Source: Anaeramoeba ignava BMAN (Eukaryota; Protista; Anaeramoebae). From it: a DNA stretch of 64,000 bases. The DNA lies in NCBI GenBank assembly GCA_028826165.1, contig JAPDFW010000030.1:1-64000 (forward strand), given 5' to 3'. A program made the translations under genes and the position numbers. Positions 15,853 to 28,267 of the stretch are shown in pieces (position 1 is the first letter of the stretch; every line of letters starts with the position of its first letter). The notes beneath the pieces are model-generated. The model was not told the origin of the DNA. It worked only from the letters and a program-made list of their open reading frames with translations, and did no database searches.

Positions 15853-16281
15853 CATTTATTTAAATAAAATAAAAAATAAAAGTATTTTGATAGTAATACA
15901 ACATAGTACGAGAGGAACTGTTGTTTCAGATTAAAGGTAAAATGATTTGGATGAATAAGCAATGATTAGAAGCTTATATCTGAAGGATTATGGCTGAAAG
16001 CCTCTAAGCCAGAAACCAAACTAAATTAATAAAATACTCATTTTAAAAATCAAAACTTCATTTATTCAAAAAACACAATTTAAAATAAATTTTATATTAA
16101 TAAAATTGAAAAATATTTATATATAAAAAAATGAAGAATAAAAATATTCAGTAAACGACTTTAAAATAGAACAAGGGATTGTAAGTAGTAGAGTAAGATT
16201 TTTAAATAAATAATTTTTATATTTTATTTATTTAAAAATAAATACGATCTATTGAGATTTAACCTTTTGTTCTTATATTTT
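12640..16281 (+). rRNA. 28S (LSU) rRNA, apparently full length, AT-rich expansion segments, no intron seen
   Basis: acctgctaaatttaagcatat, gacccgtcttgaaacacggaccaagg, ctctcttaaggtagccaaatgcctcgtc, gatgtcggctcttcc, sarcin-ricin loop agtacgagaggaac, 3' end gatctattgagatttaaccttttgt. Confidence 0.97.
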
Positions 16282-16322
16282 TTTTTAAAAAATAAAAAAT
16301 ATTATTTAAGGGGGAAACATAT

Positions 16323-16430
16323 ATTTTTATTTTTTATTTTTTATTTTTTATTTTTTATTTTTATTTTTATTTTTATTTTTTATTTTTTATTTTTTATTTT
16401 TTATTTTTTATTTTTTATTTTTTATTTTTT
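16323..16430 (+). repeat. T-rich (TTTTTA-like) tract just 3' of 28S; possible Pol I termination/3'ETS region
   Basis: Simple repeat directly visible; terminator role inferred from position only. Confidence 0.7.
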
Positions 16431-16439
16431 ATTAATTAA

Positions 16440-17150
16440 TTATAAATGAGGATAAAATTTATGATTAATGATGTAAAAATAATGTAAAATTAATATTAAT
16501 TTTATTCCAAAAAAATATTAAAAATTCAAAAATTTATTATAAATTTAGAATAAAATAATACAAAATTAAATCAATACAAAAAAATTAATATTAAATTTAT
16601 ATTAAATTTATTTTTGTTTAAAAAATTCAAAAACTCCAAAATATAAAAAATAAAAACCAAAATATTCCCAAATAAAACTCTTCTTCTTTTTATTTATTTT
16701 AAATCAATTTAATATCTAAATCTGTAATTACTTTATTAATTAATTTACTTTTAAATTTATTTATTTTCAAATTCTGAATTAATTTATTTAATTTATTCTA
16801 TTTATTTCTATTAGATAAAATCTTTATTTTATTTTATTTTATTCATCTCCAATTTCCCAAAAATAAAAATAAAAATAAAAAATCAATAATTTCAAAAATC
16901 TAAATTTATATTTATTTATAATTATAATTTATCAAAGGTAATTAATTAAATTTCTTTTTCACTTCATTTAGATTCAATTTATCTGATTATTATTTATTAT
17001 TTATTTATTTATTTATTATTTTAAATTATTTTTATTTATTTTTATTAATAAATTTTGATTTGGAAAATATCAATCAATTAATTAATAATCAATCAATAAT
17101 TTATTTCTAATTCATTTCATTTTTTTTTCATTTCCAAAATTTAAATCAAA
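16440..17150 (+). repeat. Dispersed module X, forward; right arm of the inverted repeat around the rDNA
   Basis: Landmarks aatttaatatctaaatc, attagataaaatctttatttt, tttctttttcacttcatttagattc, aattttgatttggaaaatatc. Full or partial forward copies recur at ~19325, 20250, 30513, 31365, 41747, 42705, 46070, 50265, 53231 and 57362. Confidence 0.85.
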
Positions 17151-17154
17151 TTTA

Positions 17155-19320
17155 AATCAATTTATTTATATATATTATAAACAAATTTATAACAAAATAA
17201 TTAATTAATTTAATTTTCAATTTATTTATAATTTATATTCAAAAAATAAAAAAATCAATTTCTCTCTATATATAAAATATATAAATTTAATTTTAAATTT
17301 TTATAATTTTTTAAATTTAAATTAAAAAATAAAAATCAATTTATTTATTTATATATATTAAAAACAAATTTATAATAAAATAATATTTTAATTAATTTAA
17401 TTTTCAATTTATTTTATTTATAATTTATATTCAAAAATAAAAATCAATTTCTCTCTATATATAAAATATATAAATTTAATTTTCAATTTATTTATAATTT
17501 AAATTAAAAATAAAAAAATCAATTTATTTATATATATTATAAACAAATTTATAACAAAATAATTTAATAAATTTAATTTCCAATTTATTTATAATTTATA
17601 TTCAAAAAATAAAAAATCAATTTCTCTCTATATATAAAATATATAAATTTAATTTTCAATTTATTTATAATTTAAATTAAAAATAAAAAAATCAATTTAT
17701 TTATATATATTATAAACAAATTTATAACAAAATAATTAATAAATTTAATTTCAATTTATTTTATAATTTATATTCAAAAATAAAAATCAATTTCTCTCTA
17801 TATATATAAAATATATAAATTTAATTTTTCAATTTATTTATAATTTAAATTAAAAATAAAAAAATCAATTTATTTATATATATTATAAACAAATTTATAA
17901 ACAAATTTATAAAATAATTAATTAATTTAATTTTCAATTTATTTATAATTTTATATTCAAAAATAAAAATCAATTTCTCACTTATATATAAAATATATAA
18001 ATTTAATTTTATTTATAATTTAAATTAAAAATAAAAATCAATTTATTTATATATATTATAAAAACAAATTTATAACAAAATAATTAATTAATTTAATTTC
18101 CAATTTATTTATAATTTATATTCAAAAATAAAAATCAATTTCTCTCTATATATAAAAAATATAAATTTAATTTTCAATTTATTTTATTTATTCAAAATTA
18201 AAAAATAAAAAAAAAAATCAATTTATTTATATATATTATAAACAAATTTATAACAAAATAATTAATTAATTTAATTTCCAATTTATTTATAATTTATATT
18301 CAAAAAATAAAAAAATCAATTTCTCTCTATATATAAAATATATAAATTTAATTTTCAATTTATTTCAATTCAAATTAAAAATAAAAAATCAATTTATTTA
18401 TATATATTATAAACAAATTTATAACAAAATAATTAATTAATTTAATTTCCAATTTATTTATAATTTATATTCAAAAAATAAAAAATCAATTTCTCTCTAT
18501 ATATAAAATATATAAATTTAATTTTCAATTTATTTATAATTTAAATTAAAAATAAAAAAAATCAATTTATTTATATATATTATAAACAAATTTATAATAA
18601 AAATAATTTAATTAATTTAATTTCCAATTTATTTATAATTTATATTCAAAAAATAAAAAATCAATTTCTCTCTATATATAAAATATATAAATTTAATTTT
18701 CAATTTATTTGAATTTAAATTTAAAAATAAAAAAATCAATTTATTTATATATATTATAAACAAATTTATAACAAAATAATTAATTAATTTAATTTCAATT
18801 TATTTATAATTTATATTCAAAAATAAAAAATCAATTTCTCTCTATATATAAAATATATAAATTTATTTTTTTTCAATTTATTTATAAATTTTAAATTAAA
18901 AAATAAAAATCAATTTATTTATATATATTATAAACAAATTTATAACAAAATAATTAATCAATTTAATTTCCAATTTATTTATAATTTATATTCAAAAATA
19001 AAAATCAATTTCTCTCTATATATAAAATATATAAATTTAATTTTCAATTTATTTATAATTCAAATTAAAAATAAAAAAATCAATTTATTTATATATATTA
19101 TAAACAAATTTATAACAAAATAATTTAATTAATTTAATTCCCAATTTATTTATAATTTATATTCAAAAATAAAAATCAATTTCTCTCTATATATAAAATA
19201 TATAAATTTATTTTTCAATTTATTTATAATTTAAATTAAAAATAAAAAAAATCAATTTATTTATATATATTATAAACAAATTTATAACAAAATAATTTAT
19301 AAATTTAAATTCAAAAATAA
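17155..19320 (+). repeat. ~170 bp satellite A array (~12 units)
   Basis: Periodic aaaatcaatttctctctatatataaaatatataaattt; the unit is a dimer of two related ~85 bp halves. Confidence 0.95.
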
Positions 19321-20959
19321 AAAATCAATAATTTCAAAAATCTAAATTTATACTTATTTATATCATTATTTATATTTATAATTTATCAAAGGTAATTAAT
19401 TAATTAAATTTCTTTTTCACTTCATTTAGATTCAATTTATCTGATTATTATCTATTATTTATTTATTTATTATTTTAAATTATTTTATTTTTATTAAATA
19501 AATTTTGATTTGGAAAATATCAATCAATTAATTAATAATCAATCAATAATTTATTTCTAATTCATTTCATTTTTTTTTCATTTCCAAAATTTAAATCAAA
19601 ATTTAAATCAAAATTTAAATTCAAAATCAAATTCAAATCAAATCAAATTAAATTCAAAATTTAAATCAAATTCAAAATTCAAAATCTATTGATAATTTGT
19701 TCTGAAAATAAAATCTAAATATAAATATAAAAAAAAATCAAATTGATATTATTTTTATATGTTTTATTTAGAAACAAAAAAAAATCATCAAATTTGTTTT
19801 GTTTTGTTTGTTTCATTTCTTTTAATATTTTTATCTAAAATAAATAAATTAAAAATCCAATTTTTCTTTTTCTTTTCTTTTCTTTTTTTATTGATTCAAA
19901 ATATTCCATAAAAATAAAAATAAAAAATAAAAAAAATTGATTATTAATTTTTTTATAAGTTTTTGGAATTCCTTAAAATGTCTGTATTCATTTTAAAATA
20001 TTTATTATTTTATTATTTTATTATTTATTTTTATTATTAATAAATTTAAATTATTGATTTTATTTCTATTCTTAATTTTATATTTAATTTAAATTATAAA
20101 ATTATATTTTATTATTTATTTTTATTATTAATAAATTTAAATTATTTGATTTTATTTCTATTATTAATTTTATATTTATTTTAAATTATAAAATTATATT
20201 TTATTATTTATTTTTATTATTAATTTATTTAATTAATTATTTTTATTTATTTTGAAAACTTTTTATTTCAAGACAATTTAATATCTAAATCCAAAACTAC
20301 TTTATTAACTAATTTACTTGTAAGTTTATTTTAATTCACAAAATTTATAAATTTATAAATTAATTAATTAATTTTACTTATATTTATATTAGATAAAATC
20401 TTTATTTTATTCATTTTCAATTCTTCCAAAAAAAAATCATTATTTATAATCCACAATTTACCAAAATTAATTAATTAATTATTTATTTATTTATTTATTG
20501 AATTAATGAAACTTCTTTTTCACTTCATTTAGATTAGATTAGATTAGATTAGATTAGATTCAATTTATCTGATTATTTATTTATTTATTATTATTCATTT
20601 ATTAATTTATTCCAAATTATTTTTATTTATATTTTTATTTATAAATAAATGGATTTTTGATTTGGAAAATATCATTAATTAATTAATTAATAAATTATTT
20701 CTAATTTTCATTTTTCATTTTTCATTTTTCATTTTTCATTTTTCATTTTTCATTTTTTTTTTCTTAGAAGAATAAATATAAAAATAAAAATAAAAATAAA
20801 AATAAAAATAAAAATTACCTTCACAAAATGAAAGGAAATCTCAAAAACTAATAAAATATTCAATCCAATCCAATCCAATTCAATTCAATTCAATTCAATT
20901 CAATTCAAAAGTAAATTTATTTATTTATTTACTTAAAAATTTAAAAATTTAATTTTATT

Positions 20960-22178
20960 TTATTTCAATTATAAATAATTAAATAATAAATTTAAATTAA
21001 TTATTTTATTTCTATTATTAATTTTATATTTATTTTAAATTATAAAATTATATTTTATTATTTATTATTTATTATTAATTATTTAATTTAATATTTTTAT
21101 TATTTTTATTTCAATTATAAATAATTAAATAATAAATTTAAATTAATTATTTTATTTCTATTATTAATTTCATATTTATTTTAAATTATAAAATTATTTT
21201 TATTATTTTATTTTTATTATTAATTATTTAATTTAATATTTTTATTATTTTTATTTCAATTATAAATAATTAAATAATAAATTTAAATTGATTATTTTAT
21301 TTCTATTCTTAATTTTATTATTTTATTTTAATTTATAAAATTATATTTAATTATTTATTTTTATTATTAATTATTTAATTTAATTATTTTTATTATTTTT
21401 ATTTCAATTATAAATAATTAAATAATAAATTAAAAATTATATTATTTTATTTTATTATTATTATTTTATTTTAAATTTATAAAATTATATTTAATTATTT
21501 ATTTTTATTATTAATTTATTTAATTAATTATTTTTATTATTTTTATTTCAATTATAAATAATTAAATAATAAATTTAAATTATTTTATTTTTTTATTTTT
21601 TATTTTAATTTTATATTTATTTCAAATTATAAAATTATTTTTATTATTTATTTTTTTTTATTATTAATTATTTAATTAAATATTTCATTTTAAAAAAGTT
21701 AATTAAATAATAAATTTAAATTAAATATTTTATTTCTATTCTTAATTTTATTATTTTATTTCAAATTATAAAATTATTTTTATTATTAATTTTTATTATT
21801 AATTATTTAATTAAATATTTTTATTATTTTTATTTCAATTATAAATAATTAAATAATAAAATTTAAATTAATTATTTTATTTCTATTATTTATTTTATAT
21901 TTATTTTAAATTATAAAATTATATTTTATTATTTATTTTTATTATTAATTATTTAATTAATTATTTTTATTATTTTTATTTCAATTATAAATAATTAAAT
22001 AATAAATTTAAATTAATTATTTTATTTCTATTATTAATTTTATATTTATTTCAAATTATAAAATTATATTTTATTATTTATTTTTATTATTAATTATTTA
22101 ATTAATTATTTTTATTATTTTTATTTCAATTATAAATAATTAAATAATAAATTTAAATTAATTATTTTATTTCTATTA
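20960..22178 (+). repeat. ~146 bp satellite B array (~8-9 units)
   Basis: Periodic atttcaattataaataattaaataataaatttaaattaattattttatttctatt. Confidence 0.9.
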
Positions 22179-22180
22179 TA

Positions 22181-23334
22181 CTAGTGTTTGTTAAAATGTC
22201 TGACACAAAAAAGTAACATAAAATGTCCGATCAAAAATAATAATGAATTTTAAAAAGAATAAAAAATTTGTTTGAAAGATTTTACACAAAATGGAGAATA
22301 AAAAATTTTTTTTCTTTCTTAATTGTCCAATTCTGTTTTTTTTCTTTCTGATTTTCCTTTTTTTTGGATTTTTTTTCATTGTTTCCATTTTGTAAAAAAC
22401 TTTTTTTTATACAACAAAAATTTTTCTTAGATTTTGAAATTTCCTTTTCTTTGAACACACCTAGTTTTCTCAACCTTAAAATTCTTTTCCCCAATTTCAA
22501 AATTTTTGTAATTCATTTGATATTTTCACATATCTCGAGTTCTGAAGGAGCCTATAGATGCTCTAATCTTTAATTCCAAACTATAATATATTCTTGGTAT
22601 TATTTTAAAATTCTTCTTTTCAAATCCTTTCCGGAATTCTTTTAATTTTCTTGTCTAAGATTTCTTATTGTTTTTTTTCCTTTTTTTTTTTTTGAGTCAA
22701 ATTTTTTCAAGGAACTTGTTTATGAATTTTCTTTTGGAATTTAAAATCCTTTTCTTCTTGTGGATATCTTTGAATTTAATACTGAGTTATGACTCAAAAC
22801 TTGAAAAAAAAAAGACTAATGGTTAACCAAGAACAGTTGGATCAAAAATTTTATTAATAGAAACATTTCAAATTCAATTTTCTGAATCATGGAAATCTTC
22901 TATTCTTCCCTCCCAACAAAATCTATTTTTCATATTCTTTCTCCAATAGGTCAACATTTTGTTTGGAATGAAGTGCTAGTTGAGATTTATGAGAAAGAGA
23001 AACTGTTTGAATGAAAACACCAATTTGATTTTAAATATTTTTTTCTTTTTCCTCTTTTCATTTCCTTTTCTTTCTTTTTGTTTTTTTTCTTTTTTGTGAA
23101 TTTTTGAGAAGGAAATAAAATGAAACATTAATTTGAGACATTTTGGATGACTTTTTTGGTTGTGTAAAAATTTCAGGGGTATTTTTTTAATCAGAAAAAA
23201 ACATGAGAATCAATAAAAAAAATGAATGTGGTCGTTTTTATTTTTTGAAATACGAAAAGAATATTGAATTAATTTCCAAATCAAAACAAATGATAATAAT
23301 TAAAATTGAAAATCGGCACTTTAAGGGAAATGAG
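22181..23334. mobile_element. ~1.15 kb insertion, putative non-autonomous TA-targeting DNA transposon (Tc1/mariner-IS630-like)
   Basis: Higher GC than flanks; TATA on both sides; weak terminal inverted similarity (CTAGTGTTTGTTAAAATGTCTGA vs CTCATTTCCCTTAAAGTGCCGA); absent at the equivalent B-to-linker junctions near 43620, 48455 and 54525. Confidence 0.6.
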
Positions 23335-23867
23335 TATATTTTATTTCTATTATTTTATTTCTATTATTTTATTTCTATTATTTTTTATTAGGTTAAATAG
23401 GTTTTAAATTGAAAATTTTGATTAGTGCTTTTATTTTTTAAAAACAAAAAAACAAAAAATAAATTCATTTTCAAAAACATTTTAATTAATGTAATCTTTA
23501 TAAAATCAAAAATCAAAAATCAAAAATGAAAAGAATTTATAATTAATTAATTAATTAATTGATTCTAAATTAATTAATATAAGATTCAAAAATAATTAAC
23601 AAAATCTTTTTATTTATTTAAAATGTAATCAAAAAATCAAAAAATCAAAAAATAATCAATATTAATATTAATAATATTAATATTAATATTAATTTTTCTT
23701 TCAATATAAATAATCAAAACAAAAAAACTATTCATTAACAAAATAAATTTATTAATATTAATTCTAAATTTTTAATTTTTAATTTTTAGTTTAATTTACA
23801 TTTATTGAAGGAAATTTCTTGTTGTTCTTGTTGTTGATAATTTAAAACAAAAATAACGAAAATAAAT

Positions 23868-24446
23868 TGATTGATTTTCAGATTGATTTTAAGATTTATT
23901 TTAAGATTGATTTTCAGATTTATTTTCAGATTTATTTTCAGATTTATTTTCAGATTTATTTTAAGATTTATTTTCAGATTTATTTTCAGATTTATTTTCA
24001 GATTTATTTTCAGATTTATTTTCAGATTGATTTTCAGATTTATTTTCAGATTTATTTTCAGATTTATTTTCAGATTTGATTTTCAGATTTATTTTTCAAT
24101 TTATTGATTTTCAGATTTATTTTCAGATTTATTTTCAGATTTATTTTCAGATTTATTTTTAGATTTATTTTAAGATTTATTTTCAGATTTATTTTCAGAT
24201 TTATTTTCAGATTTATTTTCAGATTTATTTTCAGATTGATTTTCAGATTGATTTTCAGATTGATTTTCAGATTGATTTTCAGATTGATTTTCAGATTTAT
24301 TTTTAGATTGATTTTCAGATTTATTTTCAGATTTATTTTAAGATTTATTTTCAGATTTATTTTCAGATTTATTTTAAGATTGATTTTCAGATTGATTTTC
24401 AGATTGATTTTAAGATTTATTTTCAGATTGATTTTCAGATTGATTT
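23868..24446 (+). repeat. 12 bp minisatellite C, (GATTTATTTTCA)n with GATTGATTTTCA and GATTTATTTTAA variants
   Basis: Directly visible tandem repeat. Confidence 0.97.
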
Positions 24447-24684
24447 GATATTTATTTATTTGGCTTTTAAAAATGATTTAGAAACTATTGAATGAATAAT
24501 TTACAAAACAAATGAATTGATTTATTTTCATTTAAGAAGACAAATAACACATAATTTATATTTATATTTATATTTATATTTATATTTATATTTATATTTC
24601 TATTTCTATTTCTATTTCTATTTCTATTTCTATTTCTATTTCCAATAAATAAAATAAAAAGAAATGATTTTTTATTTATTTATT

Positions 24685-25730
24685 TGATAAATTTAGATTA
24701 CATATTAATATAAATATTTATATTAGTATTTAATTAATATTTAATAAATATTTTATTTATATTCATTATTTATAATTAATATTTATATCTATTTATTATA
24801 TTTAATTAATTTATTAAATTTATTTTAAATATGATTAATTTAATTTTATTTTAATTTTTAATTTGATAAATTTAGATTACATATTAATATTAATATTTAT
24901 ATTAGTAATTAATTAATAATTAATTAATATTTTATTTATATTCATTATTTATAATTAATATTTATATCTATTTATTATATTTAATTAATTTATTCATTTT
25001 ATTTTTAAATATGATTAATTTAATTTTATTTTAATTTTTAATTTGATAAATTTAGATTACATATTAATATAAATATTTATATTTATATTTAATTAATATT
25101 TAATTAATTAATATTTTATTTATATTTATATTTTATAATTAATATTTATATCTATTTATTATATTTAATTAATTTATTAAATTTATTTTAAATATGATTA
25201 ATTTAATTTTGATTTTTTAATTTGTTAAATTTAGATTGTAAAATTAATATAAATATTTATATTAATAATTAATTAATAATTAATAAATATTTTATTTATA
25301 TTCATTATTTATAATTAATATTTATATCTATTTATTATATTTAATTTATTTATTAAATTTATTTTTAAATATGATTAATTTAATTTTAATTTAATTTTTA
25401 ATTTGTTAAATTTAGATTACATATTAATATAAATATTTATATTAGTATTTAATTAATATTTAATTAATATTTTATTTATATTCATTATTTATAATTGATA
25501 TTTATATCTATTTATTATATTTAATTTATTTATTCATTTTATTTTTAAATATGATTAATTTAATTTAATTTTAATTTTTAATTTGTTAAATTTAGATTAC
25601 AAATTAATATAAATATTTATATTAATAATTAATTAATAATTAATAAATATTTTATTTATATTCATTATTTATAATTAATATTTATATCTATTTATTATAT
25701 TTAATTTATTTATTAAATTTAAATTTAATA
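24685..25730 (+). repeat. 180 bp satellite D array (~6 units)
   Basis: ttagatta(c) landmark recurs every 180 bp (24692, 24872, 25052, 25232, 25412, 25592). Confidence 0.92.
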
Positions 25731-28265
25731 GGATAATCAATCAAAAATGAAAAATGAAAATAAAATAAAATTAGATGTTTTAAGAGAATAAATCTGAATT
25801 GATTTCCTTGATGATTGTGTATATTAATTTCTTTTGTTATGAGATTTATTGTTATTTAAGATTAAAAAAAAATGGGATTTGATTGTAAAATTTTTTTTTC
25901 TAGTTTGTAATCAGAATAAAATAACATTTTCAACAACAAAAACAAAAACAAAAACAAAAACTTTGAAACAATAAAAAAGACAGAAACAATTCAAAATAAA
26001 CAAAGAAAAACTTTGAAAAATAAAAATATATTCTCACATTCAAACAAGTTTTCAGGAAATCAAAATAAAAAGAAAAATCAAAAAAAAATATCCAATCAAG
26101 AAAAAAGAGAGAAATATTTCCTAAAAGGATTAAAACAGATCAGTTAAATTTCATTTCTTTTATTGAGGATAATGGAATAAATGAAATTTTTTTCAAATTT
26201 TGATTTTAAATTAAATATAATTTTTGATTCTTAATAAGGGTTTAGTTGAGAGAAAAACAAATTAATTTGCAAAAAAAAAAATGAATGAATCTAATCAAAA
26301 TGAAGGAGAAGGGAAAAAAATAATTTTAATTTATTCAATTTAAAAAAAAAACACATTTTATTGATTTGATTAATTTACTTAATTTTTCTTTTTTTTTTTT
26401 CTTGATTTTTGAATTTTTTTTCTTTTTCCCGCAAAATGAGTTTTGAATTGAAGAGAAAAAAAAGTGATTATTTGCAATTTTAGATAAAATTTATTGAATC
26501 AAGTTTATTCAAATATGTATTCAAATTTTTAAAAAATATTTATAACTCACAAATGTATTGAATATATATAATTTATTCAAATTTAGATTATAAATTTATA
26601 TCTAATTAATAATTTATTAATATTCATTATTTATAATAAATATTAATTTCTATTTAATATATTTAATTTAATATTATTTATTTATTTATTTATTAATTTC
26701 ATTCTATTTTAAATATAATTTATTTAATAATTTTATTATTTTTAATTTTAATTTTTATTTTTAATAACAAATTCAATCAAATAATAATTTACAAAAATTT
26801 AATATTTGCAAAATTATTTAATAAAATATTTTTATCATTTAATTTTTTTTTAATTGATTTTTATGATTTTGTATTGATATTATTTGAAAATATATAAATA
26901 TAAATATAAATATAAATTTTATTAAATTTTATTTTCTATTTTTGAAATAATGAATTAACATTTATTTCTTTTCATTTATTATTATTTTCATTTTCAATCC
27001 AAAAATAAAATAAAAATATAAAAATATGAATAAAAATATATAAATAAAAATATATTTTATTTATTAAATATTTTTTTTTGATTTGATTTTCTAATTCTTT
27101 TCCATTTTTTTTTGGAATAATTAATATTTCTTTTTATTCAAAATTTCATTTTAATTTCAATTCATATTTATATTTTATTTATAAATAAATAAATAAATAA
27201 ATAAATATTTTTGATTTAATTCATTTTAATTTATTTTTTTTTATGAATTTAGGAAAATAAAAATATATAAATTTGAAATGAAAAATAATAAATCAAAAAA
27301 TGAATATATAATTAATAAATATATAATAATAAATATCAATTCAAAATATATCTAATGTAAAATGTTTAAAAATAAAAAATAAATTTTTAAAAGTAGAAAT
27401 CAAAATAAATAATATTTTTTTTATCAACTTTATTTCAATTTATATAAATATAAATCAAAAAAAAATCAAAAATTTATTCCAATTTATATATTTCAATAAT
27501 AAATATTAAATCAAAAATATATTTTATTAATTAAATATTCTTTTTTTTTTTGATTTGATTTTCTAATTCTAATTCTTTTCCATTTTTTTTTGGAATAATT
27601 AATATTTCTTTTTATTCAAAATTTCATTTTAATTTCAAACAAATAAATCAATAAAATAAATAAAAATAAAATAATATTTGAATTAATAATAAAATAAAAA
27701 TGAAATATTATATATATTATATAAATATAAAAGAATGAATATATAATTAATAAATATATAATAATAAATATCAATTCAAAATATATCTAATGTAAAATGT
27801 TTAAAAATAAAAATAAATTTTTAAAAGTATAAATCAAAATAAATAATATTTTTATCAACTTTATTTCAATTTATATAAATATAAATCAAAAAAAATAAAA
27901 AAAATCAAATTTTATTTTAATTTATATCATTTTAAACATTTTTCAATAATAAATATTAAATCAAAATATATATTCAAAATTAATATAATAATAGAATCAA
28001 ATTTATTATCAATATTATATTAATAAATAATATAATAAATATAATATAAGAATAATAAATATATTAATAAAAATATATTTTATTAAATATTCTTTTTAAT
28101 TTGATTTTTATTTTATAATTCTTTTTATATTTTTAGAATAATTATTTATTTATTTTCATTTATTATTTTATTCAAAATTTCATTTTAATTTCATTTACAA
28201 TTTAATTTATTTTAAATATAATTTAATTTCATTTTCAATTTGTTTTCATTTCATATTTATATATA
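25730..28265 (+). repeat. Linker W, duplicated at ~36280-38810, with an internal ~480 bp duplication
   Basis: Near-identical copy ~10.55 kb downstream, e.g. aatgggattttgattgtaaaa and aagggtttagttgagag. Confidence 0.88.
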
Positions 28266-28267
28266 TA

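Noticed and set aside
16252-16449. Phe/Ile-rich ORF
   Set aside because: Translation of the 28S end plus a T-rich microsatellite
22177-22215. Helitron 3' end (CTAG followed by T on the - strand)
   Set aside because: No strong subterminal GC hairpin and no matching A|TC 5' end; TATA on both sides fits a TA-targeting TIR element better
23867-24448. FQIY/FRFI-repeat ORFs (also 44120-44883 and 55033-56077)
   Set aside because: Stop-free frames of a 12 bp satellite, overlapping in several frames and starting at TTG; no coding evidence
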